From Clostridium sp. 28_12 (GTDB taxonomy: Bacteria; Bacillota; Clostridia; TANB77; CAG-508), in assembly GCA_001916055.1 (NCBI GenBank), contig MNRR01000025.1, positions 13,433-45,432 on the forward strand: a stretch of DNA of 32,000 nt. The letters run 5' to 3'. The notes beneath the pieces are model-generated. The model was not told where the DNA came from and ran no database searches. It saw nothing but the letters and a program-made list of their open reading frames with translations. Positions 1 through 9,052 of this stretch are shown one piece after another (position 1 is the first letter of the stretch; each line of letters begins with the position of its first letter). A program made the translations under genes and the position numbers.

Positions 1-3000
1 CTACTTTTGCATTTGCGACTTTATTTTCTTTGTCTTGGAATATACCGTCACCAATTCTTTCTTTACCTGTATTTGTCTTATCTCCATTTATGCTACTATC
101 CTCAAATACTGTTCCTGATAATCCTCTTGTTGGTTCTGCTTCTTGAATACCAAGTACTAATGATGGTGCTGAATCTGTATCATCTTCAAATGTTGTCATA
201 TCTAGTGTTTTATTTTCTATTTCGTAATTTCTTCCATTTAATTTTGTTGCTGTTGTTGTTCCATCATTTTGTAATTTTATTTCTACACTTCCTGGGTTTG
301 AGTCATCATCAATTGCTGCATACGCTTTTCCACTTGATATTGATGAGAATGCATTTATTTCTGAAACATTATTTAGTGTTGTTTGTTTTTGTATTAATGC
401 TTTTACTGCATCATTATTTAGTTTGAACTTGATGTAAACATCTACATATTCTCCTGGTAATATTTCTGTATTTGCAAGTGCTGTTGTATATGCTGCTTTA
501 TAAACATCACTTACTTTTGCCCTTCCATATTTGCTATCTCCCCATGTTGCATTTCCTGTTTTATTACCTTTACTATCAGCTATCCATGAATCTGCAACTT
601 CATATCTTGCATCATAGTAGTTAGCTAATTCTTTTACTTTTGCATTTAATACTGTTGATTGGTTTTTAACTATCATTTTATATGTTACATATAATTGCAT
701 TGAACCTGGTTTTAAATTTTCTAGTGCTAAGTCTGATTCATATATTCTTCTTGTATATATGTTCAATCCTCTGCTACTATAACTTCCTATTCCTGTTCCG
801 AATTTTACTTCTACACCGAAATTATCTGTATTTTCTTCACTTGTTCTCTTTGCATATGTATATGTATTATTATAAACATTTTGACCATTATTTACTGCAA
901 TGTTCATTTCTGTTAAGTCAGAGCTTATTGCTAAGTCTGCTTGATTTCTTCTATGGACTCCTAGGTTAATTCCTGTTAATGTATCAGAACCTTTGTCTTT
1001 ACATCTAGCATTCCAAGCTTCATCTAATTTGAATCCTGTTTGACTTGTTGATGCAATTACTGCATATTCTGATTTAGCTGCTGGTGTTACTTTTAATTTT
1101 GTCTTATTATCATTGTAACTATATCCCCATTTATCTTTGTATGTTGAAACATGGTCTGCAAAGTCATAACTTAAGTCATATGTTTTTTGATCACTACTAT
1201 TTCTTGCAGTATCTCTTGATACAGTTGTGAAATCTTCATTTACACTTGCTCTGTCTTTTCTATCGTTTCTTCCACTTGGAACTTCTGTTGCTTTTGATGT
1301 ATTGTCATAATTATTAGCTAAATAATCTTTTATTGCTTTTATTGATGTAAATCTTAATCCATCATATTCAAATTCAACATGATATTTGCTTAAGTCATCA
1401 ATCTTTAAGTCCCCATTAGAAACTGTTAGATAATCCTTACTTGTATATGCTTCACCGTCTTTCTTTCTTGTTCCAAATCCATACCATCCGTCTGAATTTG
1501 TTGTTGTTTGTGCCACAACTTGGTCATCTTTGTATAGATATACTTTTAATCCTTCAATTAATGCATCTAAATCTTTGTCATATACATTATTTATTGAATT
1601 ATCTTTTGAATTTGTCATTTCTTCCCATACATATCCTTCTATACGTATGTATTCTTGATGGTTTTTAATTGTTATTGTTGTTCCTGATTTTTTATCAATT
1701 GTTATCCATCCATCATTTGAAACTCCATTTCCTGAATATGTTACTTTATAGTTTTTGTAATTACCTGTATCTGCTAAATATCCATAATTTGGATTTGCAA
1801 CTTCTTCTAGTTTGTATTTTATTACATCTTTTCCGTTGCTACTTATTAACAAGTTTTTGATTTTTAGTTCTGCCTTAATATCTGTTTCGAATCTTGTTGC
1901 CTCATCTATTTTTGATGTATATTCTATAACTGGATTATTTGTCATATCTGAAGTATCATCTATTGTTACTGTTCCTACTGCTTTTGTTGCCCAGCCATTA
2001 GAATCTTTTGTTACGTTATCTCCTGTTGCTTTTACTCTTAAATATTGTTTTTTATCTGATGAGCTTAATACGAATTCTACTCCTGGTAATACTTTGCTAT
2101 CTACTCTATCATCTATTTTCTTAATATTTAATTCTCCTACTTGTGGTTCATTTACGATTTTTACTGGTGTTGTTTCTGATGGTTTTACTTCACTTTTTGT
2201 TGGAGAAGCTATTTTTGTATAACCATAGTTATTGTTATTAGCCTCTGTTACAGTGTATTTTCCACATAAAATATTTTTAATTAATATTTTACCTTCTGAA
2301 TTTGTTACAATTGCTGTTCCTTTATCTAATGTAGAATTAAATTGTACTGTATAACCTGTAACACCATCTATTGTTGCTTTTACAACATTATCTTTGCTGT
2401 ATGAACCAGCACCTTCTTCAAATGTTATATCTTTTTCTACAGTTATTTTATCAATTGTTTTTCCGTCTTTTGATATTACCATACTCTTATTTGTATCTGT
2501 TCCAACTGATATTTTAAATTCTACATTTTTCATTGCAGTTGAATTAGTGTTTACTTTTTCAATCTCTAAATCACCTGTTGTTGTCCAAGGTCCAGTAATA
2601 TCTACTTTATCTATTCTAGTTATTTTTTCCTCATAAGGTATTTTACCTGGTTCAACTATACTCATATGTTGTAATTGATTTTTATATACCATACAATAAG
2701 AGTCTGTACTCATTGGATGTGTACTATATATTTTTGTAGTTAATATCTCATCTGTTTTTGTTCTTTTTAATTGATAACTTCCACTAATAGTTACTTTTAC
2801 AACTTGCTCTACGGTATTTGGAATTTTAATATAAAAGTCATTTCCCCATCCAAAGTTCATAAGTTCACCATTAGTTGTTGCATTTTTGCCATCTGAACCT
2901 TTATATGTTACAACTACAGAATGTGATGCTTTAGCATAACTAGATTCTACATTAAATGGTCCTATCTTATTTGTTTTGTCATCTACTTTAGTAATTGTAA

Positions 3001-6000
3001 CATTATCTTTGTCTGTTTTATCTGTTAATTTTAATGTTGCATTTTTAAATTCTTCATCACTTATACTCCATGTACCTTTTCTTTTTATTTCTGTAGTTTC
3101 ACTTTCTAATGTTGCTTCATGCCAATGTTGACTACAGAATCTGTCTAGACGATTTGTACAATTATATCTTTTTCCATCTGAGCCATATGCTCCTATACCA
3201 ATCTCACTATGATTAGAACTACCAGTACCAATTATATATAATTTTCCTGGTTGTCTTAATCCTGGTTCAATCGTAAGTTGTTCTTCATAAGTTCTATTTG
3301 CTTGTACTGGGTTCATAGTTCCTACTAAACATACTGCAAGTACAGATACAAATAATGCTGCCTTTAATATTTTTCTATTTCTCCATATTAATATTGCTAA
3401 TCCTACTAATACTGCTAGTGTTCCTATTGTTATTCCTATTTTTCCTGCTAAACCTGTTGATACTCCTATTAATACTTGAGCTTGTGATGTATTATTATCG
3501 CTATTTTCGTCTTCAATTGCTTTATCATTACTGCTTATTCCTATTGTTGCTACATTTGTTGTTGTTCCTACATTATTAGCATTCATTGTTTTAGTTAATA
3601 CTAATGTTACTTCTTTACTTTCTCCTGCTTGTATGTTTTGTCCTGATAAACTATTTGTATATAAGCTTCCATCCTTTTCATACCAATCACTATTTAATTC
3701 TGATTTAAATGTCATTCCATCTGGTAATTTGTCTACTATTTGTGCTGCTTTTCCTGCTAATTCTCCATTGTTTGTTACTAACATCTTGTATTCTACTATT
3801 ACTGTTGCTCCATTCATTTGTTTTGAACGAATTTCTACTTTTGCAAATTGTTTATTATCATAGTCATATGTTTTTGTTTTTCCATCTTTTGTTTGCACTG
3901 TTATCTTGCTTATATATTTTTGGATTTCTAAATCAAATTTCTTATTTTCTACTAATCCAATATCTATATTTTCTAAATTTTCATTTGCTGTTAATGTATT
4001 TGTTAATCCTGCTGTCATTTTTTCTCCATTTATTGCTACATTCTTTGTTACAGCATCTGAATTCTTTGTTTCTATTACTCCCTCTTTTTGATATGCTGTT
4101 AATGAGTAATTATTTGTGTCATATAAGAATAATACTATATATTGTCCTTTTTCTACATTTTCGAAACTATATTTCCCTTCTGAATCTGTTTGTATTTTCT
4201 TTATTTGATTGTTTTCTTTTACAAATTCATTTTTCTTTGCATTATATAACATTACTGTTATTCCACTTAATGTCTTTTCATCTGTTGTTCTTTTTCCATC
4301 TTCATTTTCATCTATCCATGCAGTTCCTGATATTGTTACTTTTTCTTCGGTTGGTGTACTTGGATTATTTGGATTACTTGGGTTATCTGGATTGCTTGGA
4401 TTATCTGGATTACTTGGTTTATCTGGATTGCTTGGATTATCTGGATCTGTATTATTATCCTCATAATCATATTTCAATATTTTAGTTACTGCACTGGCAT
4501 CTTTTTCTTTTATCCAATCACCTTTTGCTGTTAATGTATTAGTAATTTGTTTTGTATCTGTTATCATTCTAGCTTTTGCTTTTATTATCATTGTAACAGT
4601 CTTACCTTCTGGTATTTGTAATTGTAAATCAATATTTGGAGCATCTTCTTCATCATATCCTTCTGGTATGTCCAAATTTGATAAATCAATTGTTTCTTGA
4701 GATTCTGTATATGTCTGAGAATCAAATTTGAATCCATACTCATCTGTAATTGTTTCAAATTTCATATTAAATTTGTTATATGTTGCACTTATTGGCTCTA
4801 ATTCTCTAGGGATAACATCTTGTATATCTACATTTGTATATGTTGCAAATCCTCCCCAAGTTTTTCCTATGTTTTTAATATTTACAGTATATGTTACCTC
4901 ATCATCCATTTTTAATTCAGTTTTGTCTACTGACATATCTACATTTACTGCCTCTACATAACCTTTCATTCTTGCTTCATTTGAACCATATGTAGCTATA
5001 CTATCTCCATATACTGTTGCAACACCATTCATTTCATATTCACGGCTCTTGCTCTCATCATAGTCCTTAAGCTCTCCCATAAGAACATAGTATTCTTCAC
5101 CTTGAATGTACTTACCTTCATCATTTAGTTTTGTAACCGGTAATGATTCTATTGTGTGTGTCCAAATATTTCCACTTACATTTGTTTCTTCGTCATCATT
5201 AACAGTTACTTCATTTAAGTTGAAATATTCTGATGCTTCGAAAGCAACATTTATATTTTTTAATTCTTTGTCTGTTAAATTTACAATTGTTACTCCGAAA
5301 ACCCATTCTCTTCTTGTTTTTCCTACTGCTGGTTGTACAAATACACTTATTTCTGCTTTTTTAACTGTATTATTAATAGTAAATTGATTTGCAGTTTGTC
5401 CATTTACTTGTACCGTATAATTTATCGCTGTTTGCTTTTCTTGTTCTCCATCTGCTAAATCTTTTACTTTTAACTCAATAAAATCTGTTTTTGTTTCTCC
5501 TGCTTTAACATCAAACTCTACTGTTACTTGTTTTTCTTTTTGTTCTACAAATTCATATCTCTTGCTGAATTCATAATAATTTTTATCTTCATGGTAAGTG
5601 AATCCATCATCATCTACTTTTTTTACATATACCATTTCATCTGGTACATTAACAATAACCTTTACTTTTTTATCAACATCTTCTGTATTTGAAACTTTAA
5701 TATTTTGTTTTACAATTTGTTTTTCATAAACATTTCCATTATTTTGTATATTAACTTTTCCAACTGTTTCTGTAACATCAACTTTTACACCACTTTGTAC
5801 TTGTGTAGTTTCTTCATTCTTAGCTACTGCTTGTACATTAAATTCTGGAACTATATTTACAACTTTATTTAAAAGTGTAACTTCTATTTCATTACTTTCT
5901 GTTGTTCCTGTCATTTCATTTGAATATGTTGTTTTTAATTTTTCAACTTTGTTTTCAATATCTTTAGCTACAGTAACTTTTAATGAAATTCTTACATTTG

Positions 6001-7483
6001 TTCCTTCAACAACTGCTAAATCTTCATAAGATGTTTGCTCTCCATCAATTTGTACTCTAACAACTTTATTTCCATCTGCATTAGTTATTATTTTTGCTGA
6101 TTTTACAGCTAATTCTTGGTTACTATACATTACTTGTGCATTTTCAACTGTAACATCTTCTACTTCTGATGGCATTTCTATATTTATTATAGGATTCTTA
6201 AACAAACTATTTTGTGGTCCACTTGTTTTTAATGTTTCTGTTAAAACAACTTCATTTGTTGTATTATTTACCCAATTGTTATTACTTAATGTTGTTTCTA
6301 TTGTTGAAACTGCTTGTTTGATTTGTGCATTGCTTATTTCATTGCGTTCGTATTTTACTACATCTGATGAATTTTCTTCAATAGTATTTATTCCTTTTAT
6401 AGAAACTTGTGTTTCTACAACATTGTTATCTATTTGTGCAGTTGATAATATAACTCTTGAGTTTTCAATTTCTATTATTCCTTCTTTTTCTACATTATTA
6501 ATACGTAGATAAAATGTTGTTGTTCTATTTCTATATGTTATTTTAATTTTTCCGTTTTCATCTGCTTCTGTATCTTTATTTATTGTTAATACAGTTTTTC
6601 CTTCTTCATCAAGTATATCTATGCTTCCTTTTTCTCCTAGCATTTTTAATACTTCATTTTTATCTATTATTGAATCTGTATATAATGAATCTTCTGAAAC
6701 TTCTTTAACTTCAATTTTTTGAGCAACATCTTTGTTACTTATCATTATTTTTGCAGTTTCTTTATATGATGTTTCATATTTATTTTCTGAATTTAAAGTA
6801 TTTGCTTTTATGTAGCCATCATATAAATTATTTGCTTCATGTCCAATAGATATTACTCCATTAACATTCTCTTGTACTTCAAACTTTTGCTCAACTTTAG
6901 CACTAATTTTTGTTTCAGAATCATCTTTTAATGTTTCTTCTACATTAGCTTTTACATTGAGATTTCTTTTCTCATCTTTAGTATAGCATTCGCTTTTATA
7001 TATACAAATTATTTCGTATTCATCTCTTGCTTCTGAAACATTTTCTGTATAATCATTGTTTTCAGCTGTTATTTGAAGAATTCCTGTATTTGAATTATAC
7101 TCATATTTAGCATCTTTTCCACCATTTGTTGCTTTAGTAGATTTTGTTATAACTTCAACTCTTGTTGGATTATAATTTCCTATCTTTGGCACTTCAATAT
7201 TAACACTTGTTTTCTTAATAGGTGTATAATTTTCTCCTTCTTCAAAATTTATTCCTGTTTTTAAATTAAACTGTGCAAGTGTACCCTTGCTTCCTGTACT
7301 ACTATTTTCAGTAGTAGTATCATAATTTTCATACTTGGTTAAATTAACTTCTGCAAATACTTTTGTTTTGTCTTTATTTACAATGTTTTGTACTGCATCT
7401 ACAGCTTGAGATATAACCAACATGACTGAACTGTTTAATAATAATGTTATTAACATTAAAATACAACACACTTTTTTCCTCAT
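1..7483 (-). CDS. Giant secreted/cell-surface adhesin-like protein, 3' end cut by window edge (at least 2494 aa)
   Basis: Absent from the supplied ORF track, presumably because no stop occurs before the window edge. ATG at 7483-7481, preceded by GGGAGGA (7491-7497) with a 7-nt spacer. My translation starts MRKKVCCILMLITLLLNSSVMLVISQAVDA (signal peptide). Frame checked codon by codon over 3301-3481 and at the window start (...KVANAKV). No minus-strand ORF is listed in 1-7500, which fits one open frame. By-eye motifs: DUF11-like VDKTELKMDDEVTYTVNIKNIG; SdrD-B-like ISGTAWIDENEDGKRTTDEKTLSGITVMLY..TDSEGKYSFENVEKGQYIV; Cna-B/SpaA-like VGELNIKKIDDRVDSKVLPGVEFVL. Confidence 0.8.
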   Translation of the reverse strand, partial: MRKKVCCILMLITLLLNSSVMLVISQAVDAVQNIVNKDKTKVFAEVNLTKYENYDTTTENSSTGSKGTLAQFNLKTGINFEEGENYTPIKKTSVNIEVPKIGNYNPTRVEVITKSTKATNGGKDAKYEYNSNTGILQITAENNDYTENVSEARDEYEIICIYKSECYTKDEKRNLNVKANVEETLKDDSETKISAKVEQKFEVQENVNGVISIGHEANNLYDGYIKANTLNSENKYETSYKETAKIMISNKDVAQKIEVKEVSEDSLYTDSIIDKNEVLKMLGEKGSIDILDEEGKTVLTINKDTEADENGKIKITYRNRTTTFYLRINNVEKEGIIEIENSRVILSTAQIDNNVVETQVSIKGINTIEENSSDVVKYERNEISNAQIKQAVSTIETTLSNNNWVNNTTNEVVLTETLKTSGPQNSLFKNPIINIEMPSEVEDVTVENAQVMYSNQELAVKSAKIITNADGNKVVRVQIDGEQTSYEDLAVVEGTNVRISLKVTVAKDIENKVEKLKTTYSNEMTGTTESNEIEVTLLNKVVNIVPEFNVQAVAKNEETTQVQSGVKVDVTETVGKVNIQNNGNVYEKQIVKQNIKVSNTEDVDKKVKVIVNVPDEMVYVKKVDDDGFTYHEDKNYYEFSKRYEFVEQKEKQVTVEFDVKAGETKTDFIELKVKDLADGEQEKQTAINYTVQVNGQTANQFTINNTVKKAEISVFVQPAVGKTRREWVFGVTIVNLTDKELKNINVAFEASEYFNLNEVTVNDDEETNVSGNIWTHTIESLPVTKLNDEGKYIQGEEYYVLMGELKDYDESKSREYEMNGVATVYGDSIATYGSNEARMKGYVEAVNVDMSVDKTELKMDDEVTYTVNIKNIGKTWGGFATYTNVDIQDVIPRELEPISATYNKFNMKFETITDEYGFKFDSQTYTESQETIDLSNLDIPEGYDEEDAPNIDLQLQIPEGKTVTMIIKAKARMITDTKQITNTLTAKGDWIKEKDASAVTKILKYDYEDNNTDPDNPSNPDKPSNPDNPSNPDNPSNPNNPSTPTEEKVTISGTAWIDENEDGKRTTDEKTLSGITVMLYNAKKNEFVKENNQIKKIQTDSEGKYSFENVEKGQYIVLFLYDTNNYSLTAYQKEGVIETKNSDAVTKNVAINGEKMTAGLTNTLTANENLENIDIGLVENKKFDLEIQKYISKITVQTKDGKTKTYDYDNKQFAKVEIRSKQMNGATVIVEYKMLVTNNGELAGKAAQIVDKLPDGMTFKSELNSDWYEKDGSLYTNSLSGQNIQAGESKEVTLVLTKTMNANNVGTTTNVATIGISSNDKAIEDENSDNNTSQAQVLIGVSTGLAGKIGITIGTLAVLVGLAILIWRNRKILKAALFVSVLAVCLVGTMNPVQANRTYEEQLTIEPGLRQPGKLYIIGTGSSNHSEIGIGAYGSDGKRYNCTNRLDRFCSQHWHEATLESETTEIKRKGTWSISDEEFKNATLKLTDKTDKDNVTITKVDDKTNKIGPFNVESSYAKASHSVVVTYKGSDGKNATTNGELMNFGWGNDFYIKIPNTVEQVVKVTISGSYQLKRTKTDEILTTKIYSTHPMSTDSYCMVYKNQLQHMSIVEPGKIPYEEKITRIDKVDITGPWTTTGDLEIEKVNTNSTAMKNVEFKISVGTDTNKSMVISKDGKTIDKITVEKDITFEEGAGSYSKDNVVKATIDGVTGYTVQFNSTLDKGTAIVTNSEGKILIKNILCGKYTVTEANNNNYGYTKIASPTKSEVKPSETTPVKIVNEPQVGELNIKKIDDRVDSKVLPGVEFVLSSSDKKQYLRVKATGDNVTKDSNGWATKAVGTVTIDDTSDMTNNPVIEYTSKIDEATRFETDIKAELKIKNLLISSNGKDVIKYKLEEVANPNYGYLADTGNYKNYKVTYSGNGVSNDGWITIDKKSGTTITIKNHQEYIRIEGYVWEEMTNSKDNSINNVYDKDLDALIEGLKVYLYKDDQVVAQTTTNSDGWYGFGTRKKDGEAYTSKDYLTVSNGDLKIDDLSKYHVEFEYDGLRFTSIKAIKDYLANNYDNTSKATEVPSGRNDRKDRASVNEDFTTVSRDTARNSSDQKTYDLSYDFADHVSTYKDKWGYSYNDNKTKLKVTPAAKSEYAVIASTSQTGFKLDEAWNARCKDKGSDTLTGINLGVHRRNQADLAISSDLTEMNIAVNNGQNVYNNTYTYAKRTSEENTDNFGVEVKFGTGIGSYSSRGLNIYTRRIYESDLALENLKPGSMQLYVTYKMIVKNQSTVLNAKVKELANYYDARYEVADSWIADSKGNKTGNATWGDSKYGRAKVSDVYKAAYTTALANTEILPGEYVDVYIKFKLNNDAVKALIQKQTTLNNVSEINAFSSISSGKAYAAIDDDSNPGSVEIKLQNDGTTTATKLNGRNYEIENKTLDMTTFEDDTDSAPSLVLGIQEAEPTRGLSGTVFEDSSINGDKTNTGKERIGDGIFQDKENKVANAKV
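4361..4446. repeat. Tandem 18-bp repeat inside the giant ORF, encoding a (P-D/N-N/K-P-S-N)n proline-rich linker
   Basis: Plus strand reads tggattacttgggttatc / tggattgcttggattatc / tggattacttggtttatc / tggattgcttggattatc, plus partial flanking units. Units 2 and 4 are identical. Minus-strand translation: TDPDNPSNPDKPSNPDNPSNPDNPSNPNNPSTP. Confidence 0.9.
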
Positions 7484-7524
7484 TGTCTTTTCCTCCCATT
7501 TTTTCTTATATAATTATATATAAT

Positions 7525-7553
7525 ATAATAAATTTTTTTCCGTATTAAGTCAA
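7525..7553 (-). promoter_or_regulatory. Putative sigma-70-type promoter of the giant adhesin gene
   Basis: Minus strand: TTGACT (7553-7548), 17-nt spacer, TATTAT (7530-7525), about 40 nt upstream of the ATG. Confidence 0.4.
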
Positions 7554-7704
7554 TAAGTTTATTTTTTCTACACTTTTCGACTAACTCTATCTATTTACGG
7601 ATCTTCATCTTAAGGTAAAATATGTCATTTTCATTACATTTTTATTGCTTTATTACAACAAAATGTGATGTTTTTCTGTTTTGTACTAGGGAATACCGGT
7701 TTTT

Positions 7705-8874
7705 TTAATTCATTATTTTCCTTATTTTGCTTAATTCATTATTAAAATCTTTTTTCTCTAAATCTAAAATTTTGTATCTTTTTGTATTGCCTATTGTAGA
7801 TTTGTACATATATATTGGTATATAGTCTACTTTGCTTATTGTAGTTTTTCCAGTTTCTCCACTTTTCTTTATATCTAAATTCAGTATTATAGAATCTCTC
7901 GTTCCTTCTTTCACTTGTCCTGACATAAAGTTTCCTAATGAATATATTACAAAACATTCTTTTGTCATTCCATCTTCTAATGTTATCTCTTTTTTCTCCA
8001 TAGGCTGCAATACATGTGGGTGGCTTCCAAGAATAATATCTACTCCGTTTTCAAACAATAAATTTGCTAATCTCTTTTGCTCTGAATTTGGTTTTGTTTG
8101 ATATTCTTCTCCCCAATGCATACTTACACAAATCAAGTCTGGTTTTTGTTCTTTTGCAAGTTGTAATTGTTTTATAATAAGTTCGTCATCAATCAGGTTA
8201 ACTGCATATTTTTTATCACTTGGAATTGATATTCCATTTGTCCCATATGTAAATGATAAGAAAGCTATTTTTATTCCTTTCACATCTTGTATAAGTATTT
8301 TGTTTTGGCTTTCTTCCGATTCATTTGTACCAGTATGTGCTATTTCAGCTTCATCTAGATATTTGAGTGTACTTACTAATCCCGAATAATTTGTATCCAT
8401 GCAATGATTATTTGCTGTTGACACAACATCAATCCCTAATTTTTTCAAATTTGTTGCAAGTTGTTCAGGAGTATTAAACCTCGGATATGAACTATATCCT
8501 CTTTCTTTTCCTGCAAAAGTTGTTTCTAAATTTCCTACTGCAATATCAGCTGAATTTATATATTTTTCTATGTCAGTAAATACATACGAAAAATCATAAG
8601 TCTTTGAATCTGCTAAATATGCATCATTATATTGGGTATTATGACACATAATGTCACCTATTGCCGTCATTTTTATATCTATATCCTCTTTTTTCTCTTC
8701 TTTTGTTTCAATTAAATTATTATTTTCCTCTACTATTTCTTCTGTCTTTTCTATTAAATCGCTGCTATCTTGGGAAATTGTTATTTCGGAATTATTCCTT
8801 TTGTTTCTAAATAATTCGCATCCAACTAAAATGATTCCAAAAATCAATATAATTATAATTATTTTTTTCTTCAT
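7705..8874 (-). CDS. CapA/PGA_cap-family metallophosphatase-like lipoprotein
   Basis: Track ORF 7705..8889 begins at a GTG. The ATG at 8874 follows a GAGGGGGG SD and gives MKKKIIIIILIFGIILVGC (lipobox LVGC). By-eye CapA-type motifs: AIGDIMCH, NLETT, ANNHCMD, MHWGEEY, GSHPHVLQP. Confidence 0.75.
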   Translation of the reverse strand: MKKKIIIIILIFGIILVGCELFRNKRNNSEITISQDSSDLIEKTEEIVEENNNLIETKEEKKEDIDIKMTAIGDIMCHNTQYNDAYLADSKTYDFSYVFTDIEKYINSADIAVGNLETTFAGKERGYSSYPRFNTPEQLATNLKKLGIDVVSTANNHCMDTNYSGLVSTLKYLDEAEIAHTGTNESEESQNKILIQDVKGIKIAFLSFTYGTNGISIPSDKKYAVNLIDDELIIKQLQLAKEQKPDLICVSMHWGEEYQTKPNSEQKRLANLLFENGVDIILGSHPHVLQPMEKKEITLEDGMTKECFVIYSLGNFMSGQVKEGTRDSIILNLDIKKSGETGKTTISKVDYIPIYMYKSTIGNTKRYKILDLEKKDFNNELSKIRKIMN

Positions 8875-9052
8875 TTCATCCCCCCTCACCCCTTTATTTT
8901 ATCACATTTCGACAAATTTTACAATAGTTTACAGAATCTATTTTCTTTTATTTTTTTTTATTTATTCTCACCCAATTCGAGTTTTCAACCAAAATAAAAA
9001 ACCCATATAGTTTTTTCTATACAAGTTTTTTATTTTTTCTTTAAAATTTATT

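Noticed and set aside
7-6512. About fifteen plus-strand ORFs in the track (for example 7..426, 3709..4485, 1812..2222).
   Set aside because: They are Leu/Phe/Ser-rich low-complexity translations with no SD sites. They lie antisense to one continuous, well-supported minus-strand adhesin ORF and are shadow ORFs of T-rich DNA.
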